Positions 27,488 through 43,182 of a stretch of DNA of 64,000 bases are shown here, piece after piece. The stretch is taken from NCBI GenBank assembly GCA_963693365.1, contig CAVNZM010000002.1, positions 2,496,259 to 2,560,258 of the forward strand. Reading direction: 5' to 3'. Source of the DNA: Amoebidium appalachense. Lineage: Eukaryota > Protista > Ichthyosporea. Each line of letters begins with the position of its first letter. Position 1 is the first letter of the stretch. The position numbers were made by a program, and so were the translations under genes. The notes below the pieces were generated by a model, which had not been told where the DNA came from, made no database searches, and was given only the letters and a program-made list of their open reading frames with translations.

Positions 27488-28957
27488 GGCTGATGTTCTA
27501 TGTAACTACCTACCAACTGTGGCTCTAGCGGCCTTTCCTAACCTTTCAGCTTTCCTGAATCCAGGTCAATGTTTATTAAGAGTTCGAGCTTTTAGCTACG
27601 TTGGGCATCATGTTTGGTGTCTGGACTCAGGCTGGCTGAGTGTCTACGTACCGTGAATGGAATTCGCGCTCATTTTGAAAGCAACCAATCAACGAACAGC
27701 CCTCCCCTCTCCCCTCCTCTCCCCATCCTCTCCCCTGAGTCCCCTACCCCGGAGTCTCCCCCGGAGCCCACCCGCCCCCCCCGCCCCACTCCCCCACCTG
27801 CGCCTTGCCCGGGAACCTCAACACGGCTCGATTCGGATGCCTAGGGACCCTTCTCTCCCCTGCCCCCCTCCCCCCAACCCTGAGCCCCCCATCCACACGT
27901 ACGTACACACGCATGCAAAAAAATCCACTTGCTCACGTGCCACCCCAGCCGCAGGACATAATTCAATATATTTGCTCTGAACGGCAATGTATATAGCGAT
28001 GGATATGCATAAGGCATATATGTGCACACAAGCGCCCGCTGCAACAACTCAAACGCATGTGCACACGCACCGTTGCGCACGTGCCTGCACACGGTCCGTC
28101 ACACTACGATGTGCACATGCGCTTACGGCTCTACATCGGATTCCCCTCTCTCTGTACACCATAATCCTCGATTACCCACAAGTATACACAAACAACAACA
28201 CCGCAGCCACTGGGCAAACCTAGATGTAGGACACTACACCCAAACCCCACAACCAAACCCAAACATAAAGCCCACAAAAACACACAAGCTACCCGCAGGA
28301 AGCAGCCACCCACAAACCTAGAGCCAAAAACCCCATCCACCCACACCCTACCAGCCTGCCCCAATTGCAGATACACCCACCGCAAAACAGATTGCAACCC
28401 CCACCACACATACAGACACACAGCAGCCACCACAACCCTACACGACATTGGGAACCACATACATCCCACCACTCTCAACCCCACAGCACCACCACAATAC
28501 GTTAGACCCGCCTCAGCAGACATGTGAATTTTCGGACACGGACCCCCCCCCATAGCAAAACCACAACTAGCTAGAATCAACCCCCCCCCCCCCCCCCCCC
28601 CCACACATAAATTGTAAATAGTATAGTCCGATCGTTCTGCCATGTCTGTCTGACGGGCTCAGTCTAGAACGTAGGTAAATAGTTCCCATGGAGCTGGTAC
28701 CCACCACTAGACGGTGTTACTGAATAAGAACTTAAATAAAAAGGTTCAAATCAAGCAGCCACTGGGCCGAGTCCCCCTGGCTGAAACCAACCCCCCCTCC
28801 CCCCCCCCCCCCCCCCCCCCCCGCCCCCCTTGCCCCGACGCAAAAAAAAAAAAAAAATCTTTGCCCCCCCCCCCCCCCTTTCCCCCTTCCCCTCCATCCC
28901 CTCTTCCCCCAGACCCGGGCCCCTTCCCCCACCCACCCCACCCACCCATCCCGGCCG

Positions 28958-29012
<55 letters not shown>

Positions 29013-29158
29013 TTTTTTTAAAGAAAAAACTTGAAAAGAAGAAGAAGGAGGAGGAGGAGGAGGAGGAAGAGGAGGAAGAGGAGGAGGAGCAAAAGAGAGA
29101 GAATGGTGTGTGAGGGGGGGGGGGGGGGGGGGGGGGGAGGGGGGGGGGGGGGGGGGGG

Positions 29159-29215
<57 letters not shown>

Positions 29216-29990
29216 AGAAGAGGGGAAAGAACACTCGGAAAATAAGAAGAAGATAGAGATAGAAGGAGCCCAAACTCCCCAAAAAGTCTGACGGTTTTGA
29301 AAAAAATCGTCCACACGACTGTCTTGATGCATGCAGACGTGCGGTACCGGTGGACCACCACCCGAAAATATTTGTTTTCGCTTTCTGGCAAGAAGCTTGC
29401 TCGATGTCATTGACGAATATGTTTCTCATGGTCATGTTAAAAGCCTACACGTTTTTACGCGTATAAACTACTATACAGAAATTGTGTGTGTTGTAAGTCA
29501 CAGCCTTTTAAAGGGGAAGACGACCAAAGCAACATGAACATAATGTGGTAAAAAACAGAAGCTTTCTCGGAACACGCCAAAATTTGACAACGAAAGAAAT
29601 CAAAGAAACGGAATTCTCTGTGTCCACCTTAAAAGAGAAAAATTCTGAAGCTCAGCCTGGACTGTTAAGCTTATAATTAACTCATACCCCAAAGACTGCA
29701 AGAACCGTAATAGGTCTATCTACATTAAAAAACGCATCAAAAAAACGGAAACAAATGCCAGTACGTGCATGACATTGCGTGGCAAAATGAAGGTGATCCC
29801 CGTGCAGCATTCAAAGATGAAAGTGTGGAGTATGTGCGTGTGCCTGCATGTGTGCGCGCCCGCGCGCGCGCGTGCATGCGTCTGTGTGTGTGTGTGCATC
29901 ACGTATGTGCGTACGTGCGTACGTGTCCATGCGTGTGTGCGTGCGGGTGTTTTTGTGTGTGTCGTGTGTACGCCCGCATGTGTGAGCATA

Positions 29991-30116
<126 letters not shown>

Positions 30117-30206
30117 ACGTGTGTCCACGCATCTGAGTGCTCAGGTGTATGTCTTTTCGGTTTTTTTTTGGTTTTTTTTTTTTGATGTTGTTGTTGTTGT
30201 TGTTGT

Positions 30207-30245
<39 letters not shown>

Positions 30246-30427
30246 ATAGGGAGCTTGTACTGCAAGCCTTCCCCTCATAAATAATCTCCGATAACGCCCT
30301 ATGCCTAGCAATTTCCTTTACCATCGACACATCTTGAGGCACCCTAAGCAAAACAGGTGACGTCTGTGGGCTGGTGGTTGCTTTTTGTCCCCGCATTTCG
30401 TACCTGTGTAGACAGACCGTTGCTTTT

Positions 30428-33401
<2,974 letters not shown>

Positions 33402-35615
33402 GGCAATGTGTCGTCTAAAAGTTTTATCGACCAGGTGGTGAAAGGACTTAGTGTCTGGTAATTGGACTCTGAGAAGGCCTTTTCATACATTAATGGCAGA
33501 GTCCCACATACACTGATGTCAGAGTCCTACCATTGAGAAAAACTAATTAGCATATGTGTGGTCCTGCCGTGCTGCTGTGTGCATACTGGATGTGCAATTC
33601 CCGTGCCACCACAACGTTAACTATTATCAGCGCATGCACAGTTCATTCATGTGCTCGTCCTTTGTGATGTAGGAAGAATCGAAATGCCGTTCGGTTGAGA
33701 CCTGAAAAGGAGAAAAGGAATTGTGTGAGAATAATGTGCTCATCTGTGTGTGTATCTTTAGACTTGGCCTACGAAAAGGACCCGGTCAACCCAGAAAAAC
33801 ATTATATCGTTCTCTTCTTCGCATTCAGTGACACGCATCTGACATGACCTGAAGCAATAGGTGCAAATGCATTTACACAATATTCTTGTGTCTCACAGGC
33901 AGTAACTTGCCCCTGAGATACGTGAATGGATAACAATAATGACCGTGGCATTGCTCAGCCCGATTTATTAGGTGCTAAAATGCTCGAGAGCCTCAGGCTC
34001 CCAAACCAACTTGAACGTTCCAAAGTTGCCCTTATCGCCGGTCACTGCCCCCGCAAAAGTTTTCGATGGCCTGAAGGAGGCTGAGCCTCGGACGGTCTAA
34101 CAGGAATGCCTCGCAGATACGCAGCTTCGGATAGAGCAGACTCAGCTTTCCAGTACCGCGCGAAATTGGCACGGGAGGTCACCGGAGTTTGAACCAATTA
34201 CTACTCGGTATTGACGTCACTCGTGCTCATATTCGCACATGCAGACAGTTGGGACATGCCCAAGCGTGGCCTGCTGCTTTCACACACGTGCACGTCACAA
34301 AAATTTATACCAAGACAGGTGTTTGTCTTCTAATGTGCACGTGAGAGTTACGTAACAGTGCAGTGTACATGTGCACTTTGCACTCGCAGTGCACCACATA
34401 CAGAAGCCGCATTGCGCAGTGCCCTTTAAAATTTCTGATAGGAAAGAGAAGCTTTTGCGTGGGTGCACCATGGAGGTTCTTAGACATCGTGTTATCCTTT
34501 TAGGAGATATGACCGACAGTGCAACCGTGACACCGGTACCACTTGAGTGAACTGGAGCTGTTGGCAAAACTTGGGGAACGCGTACTGAAAGCCCCTGAAC
34601 GAGGGTGGAGGGAAAGCTTCGAAAAATGCATTATCGACCGAGGCACGTGCATATACACTACTAATTTCAGAGCACTAAACCAATAGCGTGTGCCACGGTA
34701 TGTGTTGGGGGAGGGGGGGAGGGGGGGGGAAGGAGGGGAGGGAGGGGGAGGAGGGGGGGGGGGGGGGGGAGGGGGGAGGGGGGATGGGGACGATCCTGGT
34801 TCCAGAACTGGATCTGGACAGGTATGCACACTGGTCCAATGCACGATCTGATTGGATCCCTGGATTTCAACCAAACCATTCTCCTTGAGTCAAGATGGCG
34901 GAAGCTTTTATGGCGGCGTTAATATTGTTGTCTTGGAAATGGTTAATATTCCGATACAGTACGCATTCAAAGCATAATAACGATGAAAAAGAAAACAATA
35001 AACCCTACGGTAATTTAATATTTATTAATATCTATAAAATAGTTTCAATATAAACAGTTGAACTAAGCGACTGTCTGTCATATTATTCAGGTTTTTCTGA
35101 GCCTGCGAAGTTTTGCGAATCATGCAATTCTGGATTCACAAAACACCCTCCACGGCTGGGAGTGTTTGGAGATTCTCATTCTCATACAGCTGATCAATCA
35201 CATCTTGGACTTGTAACACACAGTTGGCGCCAAATTCCAAGATTCGAATTCCGTAAAATGCACTCACACCGTCTGCGTACATGTAGGGATTGTCTGATAA
35301 ATTTGCACATATATTAATAGGTACTAATATTAGCAGTGACACGCAGGAAAGACCTGTAGATATATACCATTTTTGTTTGTCTTTTTCTTTTCTACGCTAC
35401 TAGCTTCGCGTTTGTCCAATGGCAACTTTAGCGGGCTGCGACGCGTCGTACGAAGGATATGTTCGCAACAGGCAGACCGTCGCAGGCGCGTACGGGCTGA
35501 AGCAGCACTCAGTCAAAGTGGCTAGGCTACGTGCACGTCGTCCGTTCGGAACCGCAACATCTACATGCATCATCATACAGTGCAGGCTTTTTTTATGTCA
35601 AAACCGCTTCCTTTC

Positions 35616-35650
<35 letters not shown>

Positions 35651-37583
35651 TTCCACCCCTCCACCTCCATAAATGTGTGCCATGTTCGTGGTACCTGGTC
35701 ATGATTATTATGAATAGATACATATCTTGCAACAGCTTGCAACCCACTTACATGCGCTTGCCTTCAGCCCCGACATGCGGCAGGGGGCGGACACATATGC
35801 ATGCAATGATATACTTGCACCGTGTGCCCGCTCGCTCGAGTCACCATCATATTATTTGGCACGTGGTCCATGGAAACGGCGCGGAATCTCATGCCATTGG
35901 CCGGGCCGTTCCCGTGCCCAGCTGGCCCTTCGTCACGTGCACGTGTTTTCTTCTTGAGCTTGAATAGATTCTCTTACCAGGCCTAGGAAGTGCTACTTTC
36001 AAGCGCTCACATGATATGAAGAATTTTTGCGGCTTCTAATTGCTATTAACAAGTCAGCCCCTTCCCCCCCGTCGACGTCCCCCCCCCCCCCCCCCCCACG
36101 TGCACCACCACCACTTCACCGGTAACGCCAAAACGCCCCAGCACACACACAAAAAAAAAAACTTGCATCGAGTGCTTCTAGCACGTCGCTCATGGTGCTT
36201 GGATTTCAGACTCAAAATGAGTCGAGTATCATCGTGCGCACTGGTGAATGGTGTGCTGCAATGAGTGCTTGTTTGTGAAGATGGGGGAGCAATTCGAGAA
36301 CGGGCGGGGCTGGGGGCTGTTGTCCGCTTAATTATTTTTTTTTGTTGTAGGTGTGTGTGTGCGTGCATGGGGTGGGGTGGGGGGAGGGGGGGGGGGGGAG
36401 GGGAGGGGGCTCAAACGGGTGGTGCCTGTGAGGAGAGCACTTCGTATTTTCTCTGGTCATCTCAATGGCAATGTGGGAGGCCGAGAAAAACGAGCCGGGC
36501 AGGCATGCACAGGCGGGTGAGCGAGGACTGGGAATTTGGCGGGGGGAGGGGGGAGGAAGGTGGGGAGGGCGGGTTGGGTCTCCCCCTGTGACAGGAGAAT
36601 TTTGCACCAGGATGTTTTTGCGCTGGGCGTAGATGTAAACATGTGCATGAGATTTTCACTAGGCGTTCGTGCAGCATTGTAAGCTTCCCCGGAGTTGAAT
36701 AACACGTTTCCAGTACTACCTTTTTTTGAATTTCTAACATGTTGTTGGCTGCCAAAGAAAGTAAATCTTATGTCTCCCTGAACCACCTTTGCAGCTTAAC
36801 CGCTGGTGGAACAAGGGGAGGGGAGGGGGGAGGGGGGAGGGGGGGAGGCATTACTGCTTGAATCAGGAGGAGTCCTTCTAATTAGTGACAAAATTTAGCA
36901 TAGAGCTGAAATACCACAGGGAAACACAAAATTACTTAGACAGGCCAATAAAGTCACTCGAGAGCCAGAACAGAGAAGATTACAGTTAGGTAGCCTTTTT
37001 CTATATTATTAAAGTCTAGGTGGTGCAAAATTTCCCGGTGCAGAAATTCCCTGTGTGTGTGTGTGGGGGGGGGGGGGGGGGGGGGGGGGGGTAGAGAGAG
37101 AATTCTGCGCATGCGGTGCTCAGGCTCACGGGTCTGTCTTATAGAAGGCCACACATCCAGTCATGTTTGTGCACTATTCGTGTGCGAACATGATGCATGC
37201 TCAGCCATAGGCACACCAGCTCAAAAGGATTCTGGGCGTTCTTTTGGAATGAAGATTATTTTTTATTCACCCGCCAAAGATAGACAGTATGCGGTGAAGA
37301 CATCACGAGTGTAACAGGTACAGTTCGCTGGCTTACAACAACATGTACGTCATGGGCCACAGTGTTACATGTACAACCACGTGATATCTATGCTATACAT
37401 AAAAACCCAAATAGAGTTTCGATAAGTAGTGATAGGGAAAAAAGATAGAAGGCGGAAACACAAAACGTCAACATTTCAAAAGTTTTTTCGTGTCTACCAT
37501 AGAGTCGCATAACATCAACAGATCATGTAGAATTAAGAAAAAAAGTTCTGTTAAATAGAAAACACACGCGAGATTTCGTGTGT

Positions 37584-37889
37584 TTACTCCTCTTCCTCCT
37601 CCTCCTCCTTCTGCCCTCCACCGGACCCAAACTTCTCCGCCACAGTCACCGGTTTCTTAGGCTTCATCCCTTTCATCTCCCCCACAAACTCGGAGTCAGC
37701 AGCGCGTGTAGCCTTCACCTCGGATGGGTCAGCATCTTCAGGGGTGTCCTTTTCAACGACAAATTTCTCACCGACGTTACGACGGAGAGCCTCCTCTGCA
37801 GTCATCTGCTTGGGGAGGAAACCACCGGTGGGGTAGCGGTCAGGGGCCTCGGACGCGGACGTCTTCTTCTCTTGCTGCTGCTTCGACAT
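37584..37889 (-). CDS. Small hydrophilic charged protein (101 aa, hydrophilin/LEA-like composition)
   Basis: Clean ORF, good start context (GCCACTATG), GC3-rich codons, no Cys/Trp, poly-Glu tail, upstream TATA box. Confidence 0.75.
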   Translation of the reverse strand: MSKQQQEKKTSASEAPDRYPTGGFLPKQMTAEEALRRNVGEKFVVEKDTPEDADPSEVKATRAADSEFVGEMKGMKPKKPVTVAEKFGSGGGQKEEEEEEE

Positions 37890-38076
37890 AGTGGCGGTAG
37901 TTGTAAAAAAAAAAAAAGGTATGAAGTGTTACTGTAAAGAAAAAAGGCTTGACTTCGATTCCGTTTCAGGGTTTTGTTTCTTTTTGACCAAAACTTAGTA
38001 CTCTGCAGGAACGGAAATCATTAAACTTCTTAACTGGAATCAGATGGGAAACTGATGTGAGGTTGTGTGTGAGCTC

Positions 38077-38086
38077 TTTTTATATA
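38077..38086 (-). promoter_or_regulatory. TATA box (TATATAAAAA) upstream of the 101-aa gene
   Basis: Consensus match about 190 bp upstream of the ATG on the same strand. Confidence 0.55.
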
Positions 38087-38414
38087 CCCTTCGACGATCC
38101 TCCGGGTACCGGGACATCGTCAGCTCCCCAAAAAGCACAGAATATCGTGTTTAAGGTGATGTTCGGGAAAAAGTGCTGAGGTCACAAGCCTCGTAATAGA
38201 GACGGATGAGGACGATACTTTGACACCCCCCCCCCCCCCCCCCTCCCCCCAACCCCCACCCCTCTTTTGAGCCTTTTTTCCCTCTTCCCATTGCCTTCTG
38301 CCAAAAACCCCTTACTTTATTTCTTTTTCTCTTTGTCTGTTTCTTTTTGCTTCACCTTCTTCAAGTTTCGAAGGGGGTTTTTTTTTTTTTTTTTTTTTTT
38401 TTGGTGGTGGTGGT

Positions 38415-38445
<31 letters not shown>

Positions 38446-38976
38446 GGGGGGTGAAGGCCCTGTCAATGGAGAGGGGAACGTGTTTGTACCGTGGCATGTT
38501 TATCTTAGAGCCCTTCGATTTGAATGAAAGATATTGGGTGTTTGTGATAATTTCGACCCAAAAGTGCCTTATGGATGGCTTTAATATCACACAACCATTA
38601 CTGAGATAACAAACCTTGAGCACAAGAGTCTGGGTTTACCTTTATTTACACTTCTTGAGAGAAGTGCTCATTTTTTCCTGGGTTTAAATTGAAAGAACCG
38701 GGGCTGAGTTCCGTAACACACGTACCACGGGCTACCGCTATGACACTTTCACGTTTTCTACGTGACCTGTCATAATCGTGTAGAATCCTAACTACTCTAA
38801 ATGATGTAGAGACCATATGGAGGCTGACAGCTGCTCAGCCCCGGCTCGTTTGACAGCTATAACTCAGGCTGGCTCAGAAAGCTCTTTATCGTTCAAAAAT
38901 CGTATCCGTGTGTGTGTGTGTGTGTGCGTGTGTGCGTGTGTGCGTGTGTGCGTGTGTGCGTGTGTGCGTGTGTGCG

Positions 38977-39041
<65 letters not shown>

Positions 39042-39418
39042 CGTGTAGAATAGTAAGTACTCATGCACGAAGTCAGCTGATGTTTCGCGTTTTGTTTTTC
39101 GAACACGCGTAGCTTATCATGGTGTATGGGAAGTCGTATACTATGCAATACAGCGATTTGTGTGTGCACGTGTGTGCATCAGGTTGCCGCATTGTGTGTA
39201 TCACTGTGGTGGCGAAGCTTCCCTGGGGTGCTATTTGGCTTGAGAAACATTCTTTTTCGGAACGGTTTTCCTTCTAAAGATTGTTTCCTAAATACATAGG
39301 TGATAAGTGTGTCGATTTCGCCTGCACATACCGGTATTTGTATGCGGGAGTGCGTGTGTGTGTGTGTGTAGAAATGTGTTGGTAAGGGGGAGTGTATGCG
39401 TGCGCCATATGTGTGTGC

Positions 39419-39486
<68 letters not shown>

Positions 39487-39840
39487 CGGTCAGTGTGTTG
39501 AACGGTCGTTAATCATTTGTGTGGGACCTTTATGGGGGAGGGGAAGGGAGGGGGGAGGGAGGGAGAGGGTTGCACGCGGGGGGTGGGGGGAGGGGGGGGA
39601 TGGGGGGGAGGGAGGGAGGGAGGGAGGGAGGGAGGGGAGGGAGGGAGGGAGGGAGGGAGGGAGGGGGGTTCAGGGAGGGAGAGTGGATGGCAGGGGGGGA
39701 GGACTCGGAGGGGTGGAGGGAGGGAGGGAGGGAGGGAGGGGGAGACGGTGGGAGGGGGGAAGGGAGGGCGTGTACGCACGATTGTGTGTGAGAGTGGGTG
39801 TGGTGTGTCCGTGTGTAGTAGTTGTGTGTCTGTATGCATT

Positions 39841-40210
39841 TGTGGGGGTCAAGGCGTATGTACGTGTGTATGTGTACATGTGCATTGCACTGATTTGTGT
39901 GTTGTGTTTGCATGTTGACTGCCGGAGTCCATGTGTGCTGAAAAGTTCACACAGCAGTGTGCTGTGTGTGCGTATCAAACAACGTTCCGTTTTGGTTAGC
40001 CAGTATATGATGTTGGGTGTGCGTGTGTGGGGGTCAAGGCGTATGTACGTGTGTATGTGTACATGTGCATTGCACTGATTTGTGTGTTGTGTTTGCATGT
40101 TGACTGCCGGAGTCCATGTGTGCTGACAAGTTCACACAGCAGTGTGCTGTGTGTGCGTATCAAACAACGTTCCGTTTTGGTTAGCCAGTATATGATGTTG
40201 GGTGTGCGTG
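39841..40210. repeat. Tandem duplication of a 185-bp unit (2 copies, near identical)
   Basis: Units start at 39841 and 40026; one substitution noticed (gctgaAaagt vs gctgaCaagt). Confidence 0.9.
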
Positions 40211-40880
40211 TGTGTGCTGCAAGTGTGCAATATGTTGCACGTGTGTGCATGAGCGTGCGCGTGTGCATGTGTGCGTGTGTGTGCTTGCGCGCGTGCGCGC
40301 GTGCGTGCGTGCGTGCGTGTAGAAGATTATACAGTATGTGTCAAACGGTACTTTTTTTTGGTGTGTGTAAATGTCGGTGAGAGTGTGTCAGTCTGTCTGG
40401 CCCTTTGGCTGCACACCACACAGTGAGTGAGAGATGATGCACCGTGACAGTGCACGCTCCTTTGCAATGCGCGTCTCTTGGTCAGTGGTGTGCATGCATA
40501 TGCAAAGTTATGGATAATGATAATGCCTCTTTGCTGGTTTGCGTTCCAGTTGCAAGACTTTCCAAGAGAAATGTTTAACAAACCAAATCAAGCGGCAAAA
40601 ATACATCCAACAACACCCCTCTTAGTAATACGCAAAAAAAGAATTTATTCTTACACAGCTGCCAGGCCGTGGGTCGGTTCTACGTTGCCCTTTCTTTCAC
40701 AAAAGGCTAGTTACATGCCAGGTTTCTCGTTATGATATCACGAGTCGGTTACCTACAGTTGAGAGATACTATTTTCGTTTCCTCATGATCAGAAAATCGT
40801 TTCATCCTTCATCCTATGCGCCCAAGTCATTCTAAACCCACCCATTCAATTCGTCACCAATACCGCCTTTACACGTCGAA

Positions 40881-41300
40881 TTAAGCAGCGTTGAGGGGGT
40901 TGATGTAAGACTGGGTGGCAGGGACAAAGCCGACATTTGTCTGAATCTCGCTGGCAGTCATAAACGCGTTCTGGACCTCTGGGCCGGGTCTGTTAGCATA
41001 GTGCTTGTAGGCGAGCACACCAGCAACAACACCCACTACGGCAGCGCTGGCGCCAATCCCAGCACCAATGGCGACAACATTGGAGCCACTGCCACCCGCG
41101 GCGGCATTCTTCTGGTCAACAACTGCTGGCACCGCTGTGGGGTTTGCTGGGCTAGCACTGCCCGTGGCGGCACCATTTCCGGTGGGCTCTGGAACGGGAG
41201 AGAACGTTGCCGTGGGAATAGCTTCGACTGGCTCTACTATTTCGTTGGCCACGGCGACAGTGGCGACAGCGGCAATAAAGGCAAGGGTGGAAAAATGCAT
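40881..41300 (-). CDS. Small type I membrane protein (signal peptide, P/T/A-rich stalk, Gly/Ala-rich TM, short tail)
   Basis: 139-aa intronless ORF: MHFSTLAFIAAVATVAVA signal, TM VVAIGAGIGASAAVVGVVAGVLAY followed by KH, TATA at 41414-41421. Confidence 0.85.
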   Translation of the reverse strand: MHFSTLAFIAAVATVAVANEIVEPVEAIPTATFSPVPEPTGNGAATGSASPANPTAVPAVVDQKNAAAGGSGSNVVAIGAGIGASAAVVGVVAGVLAYKHYANRPGPEVQNAFMTASEIQTNVGFVPATQSYINPLNAA

Positions 41301-41413
41301 TTTGAAGGTTGTTTTGACGGTCGGTACAAACTAGACGGGTTGGTGTTACTCTTGTTTGGAGTTCACCGACGCACAGCTGTTGTTCGACTGACTGGATGAG
41401 AGCCATCAACGTG

Positions 41414-41421
41414 TTTATATA
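41414..41421 (-). promoter_or_regulatory. TATA box (TATATAAA) of the 139-aa membrane protein gene
   Basis: Consensus about 115 bp upstream of the ATG; CCAAT/ATTGG boxes lie further upstream (41471, 41542, 41705-41768). Confidence 0.55.
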
Positions 41422-42487
41422 GGGCGGATCTGAGGCGAGATCTCGGTGATAGCAAAACCGTGATGTGAAGCCAATCAAAATCTAGGAATAGGCTGTCTTG
41501 TGAGAGCCACGCTGAGTTACAAATCAGTGAACATAATATTGCCAATAAACCATTGACTTCGCTTTACAAGCCACTAAATCGACAACTTAACCAGTAAAAT
41601 CTACCTCAGAAGCGTATTATATGCTTATTTCGAAGAATTATCAAGGTTTTGATCGGTGCTATCACAGCCACCGGCCCATCGCCCAGATAGTCATGCGCAT
41701 CATGATTGGCCAATCTATTTAGCCTTCGATTCATTGGTTGACATAGGATATTCCTCGCGCATGATTGGCGTATCTACAAATAGCTCTTTCCGGCACTTAC
41801 ACACCGTCCCCAGTGTCCCACTTTCCTCATTATAAATGCACTCGTTATTCATCAGAAAGCCACTTCAGAATTAACCAAAATGTTCCTAGAAACAATATAA
41901 TGAAAATATAGCAGCCTGCATGTCTGATTGTGAGCCGCTCATAATTATCAACACGAGACAGCCCAAGCTATCTACTGCTATGAGATGGTATGGCCCATGT
42001 GCCTCCCATCTGGCTGCGATATCACTGCCGTGGCTTGGCTCCCAGCAGCCTCCCAGCAGCTTAGGCTCCCAGCAAGTCCGACAGCACGGCGGGAGGGCAG
42101 CTTTGATACGATACACACAGAACAGCATGAATAGAATATGTATGCATACATACACAGTGTTTGCAATATACGGAGATATTCAATGTATGTGTGTACACGA
42201 GAAAAAAGAGGTGTTACTGATGGTTGGAGTTTCATCGCTCAGCCCTGCTAATAGCCGTGAAAGCGGGTGAAAGCGGCTGTAAGAAAACTAGTTGAGTTAG
42301 GGGATAGTTTAGAAGTGAATCGACAGAGGGTTGTAACGGGAAATAAAGTGGGAGGAGATGTGCCCCCATATGCAGATCAGCAAAGAGAAAAGCATGGTCA
42401 ATATTGAATGGCAGGTGACCGAGCACATGTGACTGGCATTCCAAAGTTATTAAGGCTTCCCTCCTTATTTTCGTTTCCTCACTTCCT

Positions 42488-42518
<31 letters not shown>

Positions 42519-42570
42519 GGAGCTTTGTGACGAAGAGGGGAGAGGGTGGGTGGGAAGGCCGTGGGGGGAA

Positions 42571-42622
<52 letters not shown>

Positions 42623-42924
42623 CAGGGAATTGTGAGGTCGAGGAGGGTTTTTTGTAAAAAGGAATGGGTATGGAGGTTGAAAAGGCGGGAAGGGAGGGAG
42701 AGAGGGGAGAGGTGGAAGAGCGAGAAGGGGGAAGGGGCTTTACATTGAGGTCCCAGAAAGATCCTTGGTGGAGTTGTTGATGTACGTGCTCCAGATCCCA
42801 CTGCCCGGGGCAAACACATCCACACACCTAGAGGGGGTGGGGGGAAGGGGGTGGGGAAGGGGGGGAAGGGGGTTAGAAATAGCTACCGGAGTGCAATGTA
42901 TTCGTTTATGGCGAAAGGAGGGGG

Positions 42925-42968
<44 letters not shown>

Positions 42969-43182
42969 GGTAAAAAGAACTTTGGGGAGAGGGAGAGGTG
43001 GAAAAAGAACCGGGGCAATAGGAGAGGGAGAGGTAGCGGATTTGCACGGGAGGGTCATGTAGGTAGGGTGGTGCGGTGGATTTATTGTTGTGAAAAGGGG
43101 AGGATGAAAAAGAAATGGAGAGTGAGAGTTAGGAAAAACGTGAGCTACATTTAAGACCCAGTTGTATCTTTATTATTAAACT

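Noticed and set aside
26249-27516. 344-aa and 375-aa Pro/Leu/Ser-rich ORFs resembling extensins or formins
   Set aside because: They lie inside PSMG4 intron 1 and are made of (CCCT)n/(CT)n repeats.
43151-43160. TTAAGACCC as the piggyBac left end
   Set aside because: No matching inverted sequence was found at the other end, whereas TTAA-TGAT matches on both sides.
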